A program made the translations under genes and the position numbers. This document shows, in pieces, positions 45,401 through 59,400 of a stretch of DNA of 64,000 nt. Origin of the DNA: Trichoplax adhaerens. Taxonomy: Eukaryota; Animalia; Placozoa. The stretch is taken from positions 2,477,836 to 2,541,835 of the forward strand of contig NW_002060949.1 of the NCBI RefSeq assembly GCF_000150275.1. Direction: 5' to 3'. The notes beneath the pieces were generated by a model, which was not told the DNA's origin, made no database searches, and worked only from the letters and a program-made list of their open reading frames with translations. Position 1 is the first letter of the stretch; each line of letters starts with the position of its first letter.

Positions 45401-48400
45401 CGGTCATGGAAAATTTAAAATCGGGTTTATCTAGCGTAAGTAAACTAATTTTTAATTATAAACTGAAAGTTAAACATAGGTCGTCGAGATACAGACTCAT
45501 TATACAGTTATACGAGTACAGGAAATTAATCTTAATTTTTAATATCTATCGTTTAGAAGGATGATATCAATCATGAATCGAAATTACCTGGACTTGATGA
45601 CGAATCAAAATGGATTTTATTACGACATAATGATAATCATCGACCTTACCGTAATTACACAATGCCATTCGCATAGGATTCTAATCTAAAATTAATTTAC
45701 AAGCATAATGTTACTAATATATGTTGTGTACTCAGCTAATAATTATGCTTACATTTTTTACTGATATATTTTAGCTTGGTGTATGGGAATACTCATCCTA
45801 GGTGGTGTTCTTGTTGGTAAAGATACTACCTATGCCGTTATCGATAATATGGAAAGAGAAACGGAGTTAGAATATGAGTCGAAAATGACAATCGGTAACG
45901 CGATAACAATAAAACTTTTACCTTGTATAAGCTGGAAGCCTTAATACTGTTTACTGCATACACTGTATCAAATTGTAGGTGATATCGTCATATCATGGGA
46001 TGGTCATACTCTAATAAACAAGTCCTTTGAGGAAGTAAGGAGTATTGTATCGACGACTGCTGATGCAGTTTGTATTCGTGTTTGCCGAGCAACAGAAAGG
46101 TCAGTTTCAGATAATACTTGTAACATCACTGTTTCTCCAGTTATAATTATCAATGCAGTTTTACGATATATTTGATACTATTTGATAATGCACATTAGAA
46201 TATCAAAATTTAATACTTCTATTGATCAATTCATTCATGACTAAATAAATCTAAGCATGACTGTCTTTGGAATTTAGTGCTTTTGTTCAAGACTTACGAA
46301 TGATACCGGATACAATGACTGGTGAAAATAACTTTATCAAAATAGTACTTAGCAGTAGCTGGGAGACCTTCAACATGGAGGATACTCGTAAAGTGTCGAC
46401 AGAAAATACTAAAAAGACCTTACTTTCTGTTCAAGATACTAGTGGTAATTATTTTCTTGTATCGTATATTTATAAATTAATTCGAAGTTTAACGGTGTTG
46501 TTAACACCTATTACTGTACTTACTATTTACTATTCATATTTCTGTAGCAGACGACATGGAAAGTTCTCAGGAAATAACTCAAGAGGTACGTGTATCTACT
46601 AAATTATATAGAGTTAACTGTTAAATAGGCGTCATAATTATTTAACGAAGACTTCAAATTACTAGCTATTCCTAGAAATATCATCGTATACTAATTAGGA
46701 TTTATCTTAATTATCCCTACAAAGGCATTCAATGATAATCCCCGTAATGGTAGAATCAAGGTAAGGCAGTTTTTAAAAATTTCCGACGGTTTTACAATGG
46801 CTAAATGATCATGACGCTATCTTTTTAGCTTAGTGTTAAATATCATGATTCTGGAAGACTGGAAGTTTATATCGCGGAAGCAGCGGATATAAACCCCGAT
46901 GAAATTACTAGCGATTCCATTTTTTATGTTCAGCTGTGCTTTATAACGCAAGATGGGTAATTCTAATTACAGTCTATGCATTTATAAGTGCAAATTTCAA
47001 TTTCAAAAATTTAACGAGTTTTATTGGTTATAGCGAAATAAGTGAAGTTTGGACGTCTTTGTCTATGGACGATTCTAAATCCACAAAACTCGAATGGAAC
47101 CAGTTATATTCTTGTACAATAAATCATAATGAAGTAAGTAGCGTGGGTATTTAAAACTTTAAATTAAGTTAATGTAGTTGTTTACAGGCTAAATTGAACA
47201 GAAAGTGCAATTAATCAATAGAAACTTAATCCACTCTATATCGTTTTACAGCTATTGAAGACATCCCTTGCTGTTATTTTATGGCAACTGAGTAGTAATA
47301 TTACGAAAGTGCGAGAAGTAAGCCGTCGATCCTTGCTACAATATATTTGTAAATATACATTTATTCTTCAACTTACGATATCTGTTGGATCAGGTTATAG
47401 TTAATCCTGAACGAGCTGCCCTCGAAGTAGAGCCTCAATGGTATCAATTATATCCCCACGATGACAACTTTTTCGAACTTCCATCGCCTCCATGCTCCGA
47501 GAAAGTTCACGAACCTGAAATGATGAACATTCAACATGCTATTCCTGAAGCTATTGTTCAAGACAACGATTTGACAGATCACCCTGAGCAAGTGCAAAAA
47601 GTAGATGTGAAAGGTAAGTTGTAGATGCAACTGTATTCTATCTTTCTTCAGGTTATTGATACTCACTAACCTATATGATCCATATGACGTCAGCTTCAGC
47701 TAAATTACGCGAAGTAATCGCTGTTAAGACACTCCGTAAGGCCTCAAATCTTGCATCATCCAGCCAAGGTATGACACGAAATCCTGGTGAAGATCCGCAA
47801 TATAAGAAAGATTTGTTCCAGAGACGCAGGTCTAGTCTCGATGGAGTAGCTTGCAAAGACGTTAGTGAAACTCTCGCATTATCGTATAATGATGCACAAC
47901 GAGCAGATCGAACTGATAGTGCAAATATATCCGAATCGGGCATTATGGAAAACTACTGCTTTAGTGGAATCAGGTCAACGAGTCACGTAGTTCCTCGAAG
48001 TGACTCTGTATCTAGTTTTTGTAGTTATCAAGATATGACCTCTACAACGGATTATAGCGATACTGAAGTAAAGAAGCAAGAAAGTACCAGTGGAACAAGA
48101 TTTAGAAAGAAGAGAGGCAGAACCAATTCTAAATCTTCATTGCTAGAAAGACTCTTGCTGAAAGGTCGATTAACAGAAAACAACGATAAAATATTTAGTT
48201 GCCCGCCAAGTCCAAATTCTGAGCGTTATAGACGTACTAGCAAAAATTCCGGTAATATTAATTTATGCATACTAAGTAAAAATTGGTCCTAAAATACAAA
48301 TAATATTAGAAATGTTTCAAGTATAGGCTTGCATATGAGTAGTATCTAAGGATTTCGTATATATACGGTGATTTAGTAGATAATAGTCCAATCCCAGGTG

Positions 48401-49808
48401 ATGCTACTCCAGTGCGGACACGTTGGCAGCTCAATTCAGAGGTAATTGAAGATAGATTGGAAGCTATAAGTCAACAAAACCTTGGACCTGGACAAATAGC
48501 TGCAAATTCTGGTCAATTTGGAGGTACTTTTAATATCGACTATATCAAATTCATCTAGTTTAGGAGATTTGAAGGACGTGATATGTATTATTTGTAGCAA
48601 TTAAACAATTAGGTATATCAACAATCATGTTAATAACTTTATTTCATATCAGTAAATATCAGTCGAAACGTCGGTGCTCTTCAGCTGACCATACGAGAAG
48701 TCGAAAATAGCTTACAACTCCATATCATTAGAGCAGTTAATTTAATGGCAACTGTAGTATTACCAGGTATGCTTATTTGGTTCAATTATCTTGCACTAAG
48801 TATGTAACTATGTATGTTGTCTCATTATGGTATACAGCGTATTATAATTATATGATATAATTTACACTCTATTTAGTAATTTAATATCAAAACTTTAAAT
48901 GTACCTACTATTTCTAGCGTTGATCTTACAAAAATGTAATTACCCTTACTTGCTTTATATATTATAGATACCTTTGTAAAGATTTATTTAATGGAAGGTG
49001 GAATACACAATATCAAAAATAAAAAGCGGAATATCGTGCACAAAGCTAAGAGTCGATCAGTTAAAAACACAAAGAGTCCAATCTACGATTTCATGCTATC
49101 ATTTTCGAATTATAAGAAATCTCAAGTTCTATATGTAAGTTACATTGATATCAGAGAAAATACAACTATAGCATCTAGACCTTAGGGTGCCATACTGAAA
49201 TTTAAATTATTTCTTAAATTTAGTTGACTGTCTGGTCTATGGAATCTAGCAATCGCAGCAAAAAGCGACTTATCGGAGATATTACCATCGCTCTGGATTT
49301 AGTCGACCTCCAATACTGTGTAAATAGATGGTACTGCTTGATGTCACAGCAAACGACTGAAAAACCTATACCACACACGAGGCCTCGTTTATCTATCGCT
49401 TCAACGAATTCTATGTCGTCTATTGATGCGCCTGTGCATAGTGATATCTTTCCTACCCGAGATCAGAGGAAGCAGAAGCTTAAGCAGCAAAGAGATCGAT
49501 ATAGAACGAAAGCTTCATCTCTTAGTGAACCACGAACATCACAAACTATCGACAATCAAGGAAAAGATTCTGCGGAAACATCAGAAGCTGACAAAATATC
49601 TGCAATGGAAAGTGATAACTCTTACCTTGAACGGGATTTGTACATGCTGCAATCGACTGGTGCCACTGCAGATACTACAGAAGTTAGCGTTCATGAACAA
49701 GAAGACAAAATATCTGCAGCATCTGAGACAGAGTTCGTTCTGCCGCCTCGGTCTTCTTCAGAAACACTACCAGCCAATGCTACTACAGACGACGAACAAT
49801 GGTTCTAG
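42431..49808 (+). CDS. RIM (Rab3-interacting molecule/UNC-10)-family scaffold with Rab-binding helix, zinc finger, PDZ, C2A and C2B. Exons about 42431-42466, 44604-44776, 44924-45107, 45277-45435, 45557-45650, 45775-45894, 45979-46099, 46278-46444, 46548-46585, 46725-46760, 46829-46956, 47034-47133, 47252-47317, 47394-47613, 47694-48251, 48377-48523, 48653-48766, 48968-49134, 49224-49808
   Basis: PDLSHLTVHELKILKEVLEKQ; CQNCYTTKFVDGHGRICHNCKSTICGRCG..WRCKVC..TGFWYHG; PDZ MGILILGG..IGDIVISWDGHTLINKSFEEVRSIV; LGPGQI before C2B; C2B PDTFVKIYL..KSPIY..LTVW..LIGDITIALD..RWYCL. The first exon is less certain. Confidence 0.88.
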
Positions 49809-51017
49809 AAATACGAGCCAATACAGTATAGTATAGTAAATTAAAAATTTCAAATACCTACATTTGCATACTGCTTGAGACAGGTGGCATATGTATACTA
49901 CGTAACTTCCATAATTGATTAAAGCTTACTAGCTTAGACATATATTACAGTCCGAGTATGATTTATTTGTTCTTTGCATATCGCAATTGTAAAAAGTATA
50001 AAAGTATAAAATAATCTCATAACAATACATTTCACTCAACCGATAACTTAAATTTCCGCAATTAATCAATTTCTTCTAATTTAAAAGTAAGCGTATAACT
50101 TCTTCATTTATTATCATTGAAATAACATAATGTTATTTGTATGGTATCACGAATTATTTTTATTTATAAAACTGTGTACAAAGTTTCAATATTCATTTAA
50201 GCTATAAACTATTCTTTACTATCATTATCAAAATCCTTTCTGTCATATACTTGAAAATGTTGAGCTACGACGTTAATTAATTATTTACTTTTTGATGGCG
50301 ATATAAATTTCAAACCAATGCCTCATTTCTCTACGTCATCTACAACCTACTATATATTTATTACGTAAATGGAGCTGCTTTAAGAATTCTTATCTATACT
50401 CTCCTGTTGTAAAATTTATTTCAGCATATTTTGTCTTTGGTATTTTATCCCTCGTCTAAGTAATACTTTACAATTATGATAATATTGAAACCGAAGAAAT
50501 TATCAATTCCTCAGTTCTTGTTGGTTTTAAATGTACTTTGAAAGTATGCTATATTGATTTACCTAGCGACTGCTTGATAATCACTATTTAATCTTGTATA
50601 TATATATATCTACAGTATAATAAGACAATAATTGGGTATTAAAAAAGATCTCCAAAGTATACATACACTTGTGGCTATTAGTAAACTCAATAAAATTATA
50701 CATCATCAACTAAAAGCCTGGCTGCTACTTGACTTTAATTGAGTACAGAATACTTCTAACCTGAAGACTGATAACTTGTTATTAAAGGCTAGCAATGATG
50801 CAATGAAGCTAGTCGAATAGGGTCTAGCAATAACCATCAAAAAATCTGATCAGTTTCATGTTTAATAATGAACTACTTGTGGCCGAATGTAGTGTTGTGT
50901 GCGATCATTTTATATTTAAAATGTTAGTCTAGGGAATATAGAAAATTCACATACAAGAAATAATTTTATTATAATATACAAGTGCTGTAATGTGACAGCG
51001 ATTTAATAAGCTACGTA

Positions 51018-52645
51018 TTAAGGCGTATCAATCGGGCCGTCGTCATTTTTCGGAGTAAGTTTATATACAAATTCGATCCCGATCGACTTTTCCCGGCAAC
51101 TACGAAGCATAGATAAGAGAAAAGTTTAGATAATGGCTCCAATTAGAAATTTTCAAATTTATATTAACAATAACATTATCATATACACCTTACAGTAACT
51201 GTACAGTGTACAATGTATGATATCTACAATATATGCGATATCTAATAATGTGGGAAAAGCCAACGCACTTTATTAGACGGATATAATCAGGATAATATTT
51301 ATAGTAAATTAATTGCTGAAAGAGAACCCTCAATTACTCCCTATATCCGTCATAGCCGTCCATGTGTAGTGAACTACATGTATTGTCCAGTATTCTCGAC
51401 GGGACGCCGCATGTGTGCAGTATAAAATATATTTAATTAAATATATACTTTGTATGTGATAAATTTTAGCAGTTAGCATTTCATTATAATTATTTAAGAA
51501 CACCATCTTTACGAACTGCCGATCGTAAGCAAGATCTTATAAAACTGAAATCGTTATTTTATGGATAAAATTAAGAATTTATTATTACTATCATTATCAA
51601 TACTACATTACTGCACCTGGCCTTGGATTCTTCCTTAAGTCTGTCCCTCCTCCTTTTCTTCTTTAGTTTACGTTTTTGATTTTTTGTTAAGATATTCTGC
51701 TCAGAAACTTGATCATGCACATCATTTCCTTGATCATTCAACGTTATTTCCTTTTTTCCAGGTAACTCCGCAAGATGAATCTTATTTGAGATTTCACCTA
51801 CAGTATACGTATTTATATAATATTGCATTTGCTCATTTTATTTCCAATTAATTACTAACGTTGCATCCTTTTATAACCTGAATGTTCTTTAGGTCATAGC
51901 TAAACATATTCTAGGAAACGCCTAGCTATTATCTCCTCGGAGGTAAGATAACTGCTCTATTACATCGATATTCGTATGTTTTTGCAACATTACAGTATTG
52001 GCTCACTCAATACAGAAATACGAAACGTTCACACTTATGAAGTAGCAAGTGGCAGTACTAACTGAGGGTTCGTACTAAGGAATCATTGATATATGATTCA
52101 TTTTATAATTTTTGTACGGTATGTTGTGCTCGATAAATGAGTTAACGTCTAGTACCCAGTATCACCGTATGAATAAGTAAATCAACTTAGAATAACCGGA
52201 CCGACATTACTGTACAATGTGCATCAGAGTACTGCAAATCACTATTGTACATACCTACATGCTTCTGTATTTTAGTCTTCCGAGGTAATGCGATGTCGTC
52301 AGTATTTGATAAATCATGATCATCATCATCTTTTGCCCAATTATTGTCCATAATTGGAGGCAGAGATTCTGCACCTTCGCTGTTAACTTTGTTTGGATCA
52401 GTCACATCAGTCATATCTTGTGCATCACTAGAGCTAATATTACTTTCAAATAGATTCGGATATAACTTTTCTAGTACGCGCCTCTTGAAATCTGATGAAT
52501 TATAACATTGAAATGGATCGGTTAAAATCTGATAACACAGACTACAGTGTCATTAATTTTACAAGTACAACTAACAGAATTAACCCATTTCTCTGGAAAA
52601 TCTTGCTTCCTCATCCTCACTGGTATCCGATCCCGCATCCTCCAT
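51018..52645 (-). CDS. ERICH1 (glutamate-rich protein 1)-like short protein. Exons 52585-52645, 52255-52491, 51617-51797, 51018-51099
   Basis: FKRRVLEKLYP near the N-terminus, LTKNQKRKLKKKRRRDRLKEE and GIEFVY resemble ERICH1 blocks. Splice phases are consistent. Confidence 0.62.
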
Positions 52646-52849
52646 CTTTAATGCAATGTACAGTATAGCATTAATAATAAATATCCGAACTGTGTTGTGA
52701 ACGAAGACCAAAATGCTGTTCTGTACTGTGCTCAATTACACTTATACTGTATGATACACAACTTGACTGAGTACAGTATACGGTATAAGAGTACTATCGT
52801 AGCGGGGAAGAAGGTCTAACTTGATATACTGTATATAGAAATCACTACC

Positions 52850-52950
52850 CGACCATCAGGCCGTCTGCCTGTATGTCTGTGTCAGGCCCGGCTCGGACTG
52901 CCGGACTGCTATAATATAAGCAGAAAGAGAAGCCAATGACCAATGGCGGT
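52850..52950. promoter_or_regulatory. GC-rich promoter island with tandem CCAAT boxes upstream of the ERICH1-like gene
   Basis: Local GC rise (GGCCCGGCTCGGACTGCCGG) and AGCCAATGACCAATGG at about 52931-52946, 200-300 bp from the ATG. Confidence 0.4.
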
Positions 52951-55900
52951 ACAGAAAGCTTTTTCTTTTACCTATTACAGAGTAATTGCATCGAGCATAT
53001 GCAGTTTTTTTTACTTTTATGATATTGCATGAATAACGGTGTACAATAGCTCTGATTGCTGTATACATGCGCGATATCACTAGTAATATACATATATATG
53101 CGAGTACAATCTACTATTACAGTCATATTTTTTAGATATGGGATTTTCGAGATTTTTACCTATGGCTTTCCATTTTTTTCTTCCCAATTTTGACTGTATA
53201 GCACCGGTATACTACAATATGTTATATACCAGTTGGTAAATTCCCTGCTCGCGATATTTTGCGAGGTTGTTTTTGAACATAATACAGTATTTCAATATAT
53301 GTACTGTATAATTTTACTACATTTCTTTGTGTGGTCTTAATCTCGTGCAACCCAATAATATTTCGTATTTCTTATGTTATGAACGATACTCAGAAATTGT
53401 TGGGACATGTGCTGTTGTGCACTTACACGCAGGCCCTCCGACAATGGTAATATCACACATATCATAGATAATAAATACTTTATAGTAAATATCTAGACTA
53501 ATATTTTGTCAAATGTCATCCTTATTTTCGTTTTAGGCACCTATAAAAGCGTAGTCCTATCATAGATTAACCGATTAAATCGGTTCGCATCTCTTTATCT
53601 GATAGGCCCTAATTTAGAGCAAGTTACTTTTCGATATAGAACAGTGGTACTCTTGCTAAATTATCGACTCAGATGTAATTTCGTCGATCAGATATCTTAC
53701 TATGAGATCATAATTTACAAAAATAATTTATCTTATAACAAAAATAAATTTACTGCATTAATTCTTACTAATCAATCATTCATATTCATTCATTTACACG
53801 CTCTTACAAGCTACGTACAGTAGACGGTATCTGCAGTCTCTACTGTATATAACATCGTGCCCTGGCGTACCGATCAAAATTTTACTTGGTCTACAACGCT
53901 ACACGTGCACAGTATTAGCTTGTGCCATAAGCTTTATGCGCTTATACACAGTACCCGTGCGATAATCTCTCTACCGACAGATTATGACGATCTTAAATGG
54001 ACTATTAAAATTTTGAGAATTTTTCTAGAATATTAGTTTTAACCGATAAAAGCATTATCGAAATTTAAGGTATCCTGAATTAAGTTATGTACACAAATTT
54101 CAAGTTTGACTACAACAATTAATGTCCACCCAGGGGTTACTCAACGATTTTCCCCTCCGGTCCACCTTACTACTATATTACAGTCATCTAAAATGAAAGC
54201 GTTTCAAAGTTGCTGCAATATAGTAAATGACTACGGTATACGAGTATATTTGTACAATACTAATCATTATACGGTTAGCATAGAATATGCATACAGATAG
54301 AACCATATTACATTCTACTATTTTGCTACTTATCCACAGTAATTAGGATATTATAATATTTTTATCATATTTTTTCTTAAAATGAAACTACTGAATTACT
54401 TCATACGTGTAGGTAGATTTAAATTACGTTATTTAAGTAAGTTTACATTTCAATGTAGAAATGTAAACTGGACGCTGTAGCGGATTTAAAAGTGTGTATT
54501 CATCGTTTACTTTAACGGCATATCATGGATTACTAAATTACCGCTTAATCCATAGGGTACCCCTATTACACCAACGTAGTGTACGCATGTACTCGTAGCA
54601 TATTGAACTACATTCATTTTGTTTTAAGCAAGAAAACTTTGATTGCAATTCATTATTATATACTGTACATCTAAATATACATATATAGAGAGAGATATTA
54701 TGCAGCATTTATCAGTACCATAGTATGTTTTTCCTAATTATAATTAGATGGTGATATTATTCGTTAACAAGTTCAAGCAGTCGTAGCACCTAGATTGTAG
54801 CTTAAGTTAAATAACTCATCACGTAACTAATTTAAATACTGTTACATTTAGTTTCACTCTTTGTAAACTCATTTTTTAAATCTGTGTCATATTTGTCAGG
54901 AATGTTAACTTTCATCCATACAATCCATTTTCAAGCGCTACATAATGTAACAGATGAATTGTTCGCTATACTATTCATGAATATATTAAAAATTATTAAA
55001 TAAATCTACCGCTTCTAGTGAGTAGAAATAATCGTTAGCCAATAGCAATTGCCTATGCGGAGAGAAATTCCACCGTATTCTATTCGTTCTTTGCATCTTC
55101 TCCTCCCCTTTTACAAGGACCCAATACTGTATTAATGTAATTCTACAATTAAACAATCATTCCTATCGCAATTCAGTTCTACTGTCTAGATCAATCTTAC
55201 TTTGTAATTTTTTTCATTATCTTAGTAATAATTATATCAAATATGGCTCCGAAGTTGGATTGAGTTGATATCGTTGGCAGACAGCGTTAATTGAAAAAAT
55301 TTCTTAAACAAAGAAAATGATAATAATATCTTACGTCATATCATAAATTTTTAATTACCGAAATGTTGAATATTGGATGAAATGCGTAAAAGCCGTATCT
55401 TTTAATAGCCCTATAAATTACGACAGATTTTTTAACTCCGCTATAATTATCTATTTATAATTTAAATCAAAATTAAGAAGAAACATAACGTGAACGCAGA
55501 TGAAGGCGCTACTTAATTAGATTGCTGACTATATTATTGACATAGTATTGTTACGAACAACGAAGTTCTATTACTTTAATAGAGGTCAAAATAATTGCTA
55601 TGCTTGCTTTGAATTGGGTTGTTGTTTATAATCGCTAGATTACTTCTTGACGGGACAAAAAACACTATTGTTGTCAGCAATTGATATTATCATAGCAATA
55701 GTAGATTAGCCTATAAGGTAGCATTAAAAAGTACACAGTCAACTCGGTCATCAATTACTTTTCTATTGACTAACGATGATTCATAAACTCATCTTTTATA
55801 CGTGCACTGTCGAATAACAAGATAATAAGTAACGCTGACCTTCCACCTTCCACCAAACCCCGTCAGTATTTTAATTATACTATTAGTAAAGCAATATTGA

Positions 55901-56431
55901 CGATATTTTTACCAAATTTGATAGTCTCTTCTCCATTGGACTACAGCTTTAAACCGAATCATTTTGCAAAATTTATCTACAATTATAATTATCTTATTAA
56001 ACTTGATGGATATTAAAAACTTGTTTTTTCTGTAAGCGTCAATGAAATTTTGGATCGTATGGTCATCCTCTTTAGCGAAAAATATCACTCGAAGCCATGC
56101 AATAATCTGTAAGAGTACTTCCTTAATTACCATAGACATCAAGTACTCTAAGATTAGTGTTTATAATTCGGATCTAAAGTAGAGAGCATTTATCTTGATT
56201 CATCACAATTCACTTCAAAAATTTTAATCATACAGTCTAAAAATCGACTTTCTCTTCTTTATCAATCCTTACTGGACATTTCTACATCCTCTGTAACATT
56301 AATTTATTCCCATTAAAAAACAATATCATTCCGAAATCTTCCTAGATGGCGATAAAGCTGTTACTCTAGTATCAAAGTTTGACTAAGTTATTGTTAATGG
56401 CTTCTTAAGTGATCGTGTAACAAAGCAAAAG

Positions 56432-59400
56432 ATGATCAACATTCTCAAATCGAAAAAAGCGACGAATAAGAGCGCGGATCAAGAAGGCAAAAGTAATCAA
56501 CAGAATCAACAGCAAAAAAGCGAAGAAACCAATCACTCTAATGATAACCCTAATCGTGATTTATGTGTCAAAAGTTTATCACTACCGGTGGAATTTATTG
56601 CGCGAAATAGAAGCCAACTTGAATATGGTCTTGAACGAAAATTTCGATGGTCCAAGAAGCGTTGTTTATTCTATATTTTGAGCGAAATCATTTTTATCGC
56701 TAATTTTACCACCGATATTGTTGTTGGCATCGATTATATTTCTTATGGAAGTACAAGCTGGGGCTGGACAATCATTATCCTAGCTATTGCTTGCTTACTG
56801 TTTCAACAGCTCTTTTCCTTAATTTGGTCAATAAAGCTCTGTAGCAAAGATGGCGAAAATAACAATGCTGGAGTTCCCAACGAAAATGTATCGAACCACC
56901 GTTCCTGGAATGCCTGTCAAACAGGCTTTAAACATCTCTTTTGTCTTAGTCGTCTATATAGGTAAGACCAGAATAAGTATTAGACTTGATAAATTATTTG
57001 ATCATGATAAAAAAGAAGCGGAATTCGCTCTCAACTTGTCTGCTTAATATTATCTTATAATGCTATTTATGCTTTAATCATATTCTGAAACGTAACTGTC
57101 ATTGTCAGCCTATGTAAAAAATACTAATAGTAACTAAGTAAATTAAAGATATCGTTGTTAAAGAGTTAAAATTATTCTTTTACTTGAGATGTTATTTTTG
57201 TCTTGGCTGAACAGTCATTTTCTTTTATATCACTTTTTAAAAATAGGATACTAATTACTGTCGTATATTAATCATCGAAACTGATGATACACTTTAGTTA
57301 AGCAATGCTAATTTCAGGTGTTCTGACCTCCATCAACGTTACTAAAACTGGAAACAATTTTAATACCCTCTACTATATACTCTATTCTTTAACATTTGCA
57401 TTTTAAAATTGAGATTAGCGAGGCATCAAATTGAACGTCTATATTCCGATGCCACCATAGAAAAAACTTGCGTCATAGTAAATATCTTTTGATAAATCAA
57501 TTCACAGAATTAAGCTATATTTTGAGCCTTAGCTTTTTACAGCGTAGATGACAGTTGTGGCTTTTTCTCTCATTTACGCAAAGTGATTCAAATATAAAAA
57601 ATTCTACTGCTAAAATTAGTATCAAATACAGTTAGTGTGACAGTTACATTGTATTGGATTCTTCCTTCCATGTAAGCGTAATATTATCGAGTCCTACGTA
57701 ATAATAACATCTTAGGAAGTATTGTATCATCATTACATATTATATGCATTATTTCTGTACAGTAATGCTATAGGTAAGATGGAAGAAAAAGATCTCATAT
57801 GCAATATGTTGCCTTGTTTGCAACGTCCAAGTCGATAAGAAACACTTTACAGTTGCATGATAATGTAGAACTAATTATAATGAATCACTATATAGAAACA
57901 TTCATTAACTAGTCGTCGGTATCATTTCTATTCTGTTGTTAGATAAATCTTTCAGCTGTAGTGCATATTTCAATATTAACAACAAATTAGATATGCAGCC
58001 ATTTCTTGACTATTTAGATTGTATTACCAAACTCTTATTATCTATTTGAAAACAAGCTCCACGTGCAGCATAATAACACAAATCATCAAACTGTAGCGTG
58101 GCTTGTAATGGCATTAATAGGGATTATCCCTGCTGTTACATTATTCTAAAGTCTGCTGTCGTATGGCTTCATATTTTAGCTGCTCTAAGTCAACGGCTAT
58201 ATGAAGCAATCCATCCGAGAATAGATTTAACGCATAATTGGATAAGACACATAAATTGACTTTTAAAGTGTACCATACTATATTATTACAAGAAGGGATC
58301 ACCCCTACTGTTATATAAGTTCATGCCTGTAAATGTAGTCGCTATCTTCAGATGAAAAGAATTTTAAATGAATATCTTTAAATAACTAGTATTTTTGCTA
58401 TCAATAGTAACTGTTTTAAAGTTATTTCGCGTGATTGCTACATCTGAGACTTAAGTATAAATACTTATATAGTCTTTTCTTTTTCGATAAAAACTCTTAG
58501 GTATATTCATTTAATACATCGAGGTAGAAAGGAACATAATAGGAGAGAGGATACGCTGATTGTATTCGAGCTATTAGAAACTACAGTACTAGATGTCATA
58601 GAAGCTGCTGTTACTAGTGCACCGCAGTTAACGATTCAATGTTATTTGATGATAGAATTGTCTGAAGTATCGGTACTTCGAGTTATATCAGTTATCATAT
58701 CGGCGGTAGAGATTAGCTACGCTATTGCACATCATGCCAGAATATTACGTGAATCGGAAAGCCAGTTACGACCTACAGCTAACACACTTTCTAAATCAGG
58801 TTGGTAATAATTTGATAGTATCTTGTATTCTCGAATATAATAATCCTACAGTGTAAATAATGTAAATATAATCGAGGTATAATTACAGAAAAATCATGAG
58901 ATCTTTATGTATTTATGATTATTGCGTTGAAGAAACGGCGCTGATATGTATCTTGTTGATCTACCAGTAATCTTGACTCTAACAGTAATGATAGATGTTT
59001 GAAGTAAAGTCGTAAAATACGTCACGTTAGAGTATTTAGCTAGTAAAATGCTAGGTAGGGCATTGGCTTACAATAATGACATTTAAGCATGGATAACTTA
59101 ACGGCTACTAACAGCAGCCTATGCAGTAAGGCTAAAATTTCGAAGTAACTATAAAAATATCTTCTTTATGTTAGAATACGATCATAAATATGTTTCAACT
59201 AAGATATTATTATTCTAAACATACTGAATTTTTCCATTATTAAATACAAGATTTGCAATTGCAATTTCATAGCTAGCCAAGGCATGCCGTAATTAGTGAA
59301 TAATGAGAAAAATAATTTTTGTTAAAACTAGATTGAATGATGTCGATAGTATAGTCGCGAAAGCTAACTATAGTATGTAATAAGAAATTTACTATCCATC

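Noticed and set aside
47652-47693. In-frame TGA after the strong acceptor at 47651, suggesting readthrough or selenocysteine in RIM
   Set aside because: An in-phase acceptor at 47693 with a CTAAC branch point upstream removes the stop, and the first option would leave only a 38-nt intron.
53397-53446. Hairpin ending in ACA, resembling an H/ACA 3' domain
   Set aside because: No ANANNA hinge or 5' hairpin upstream.
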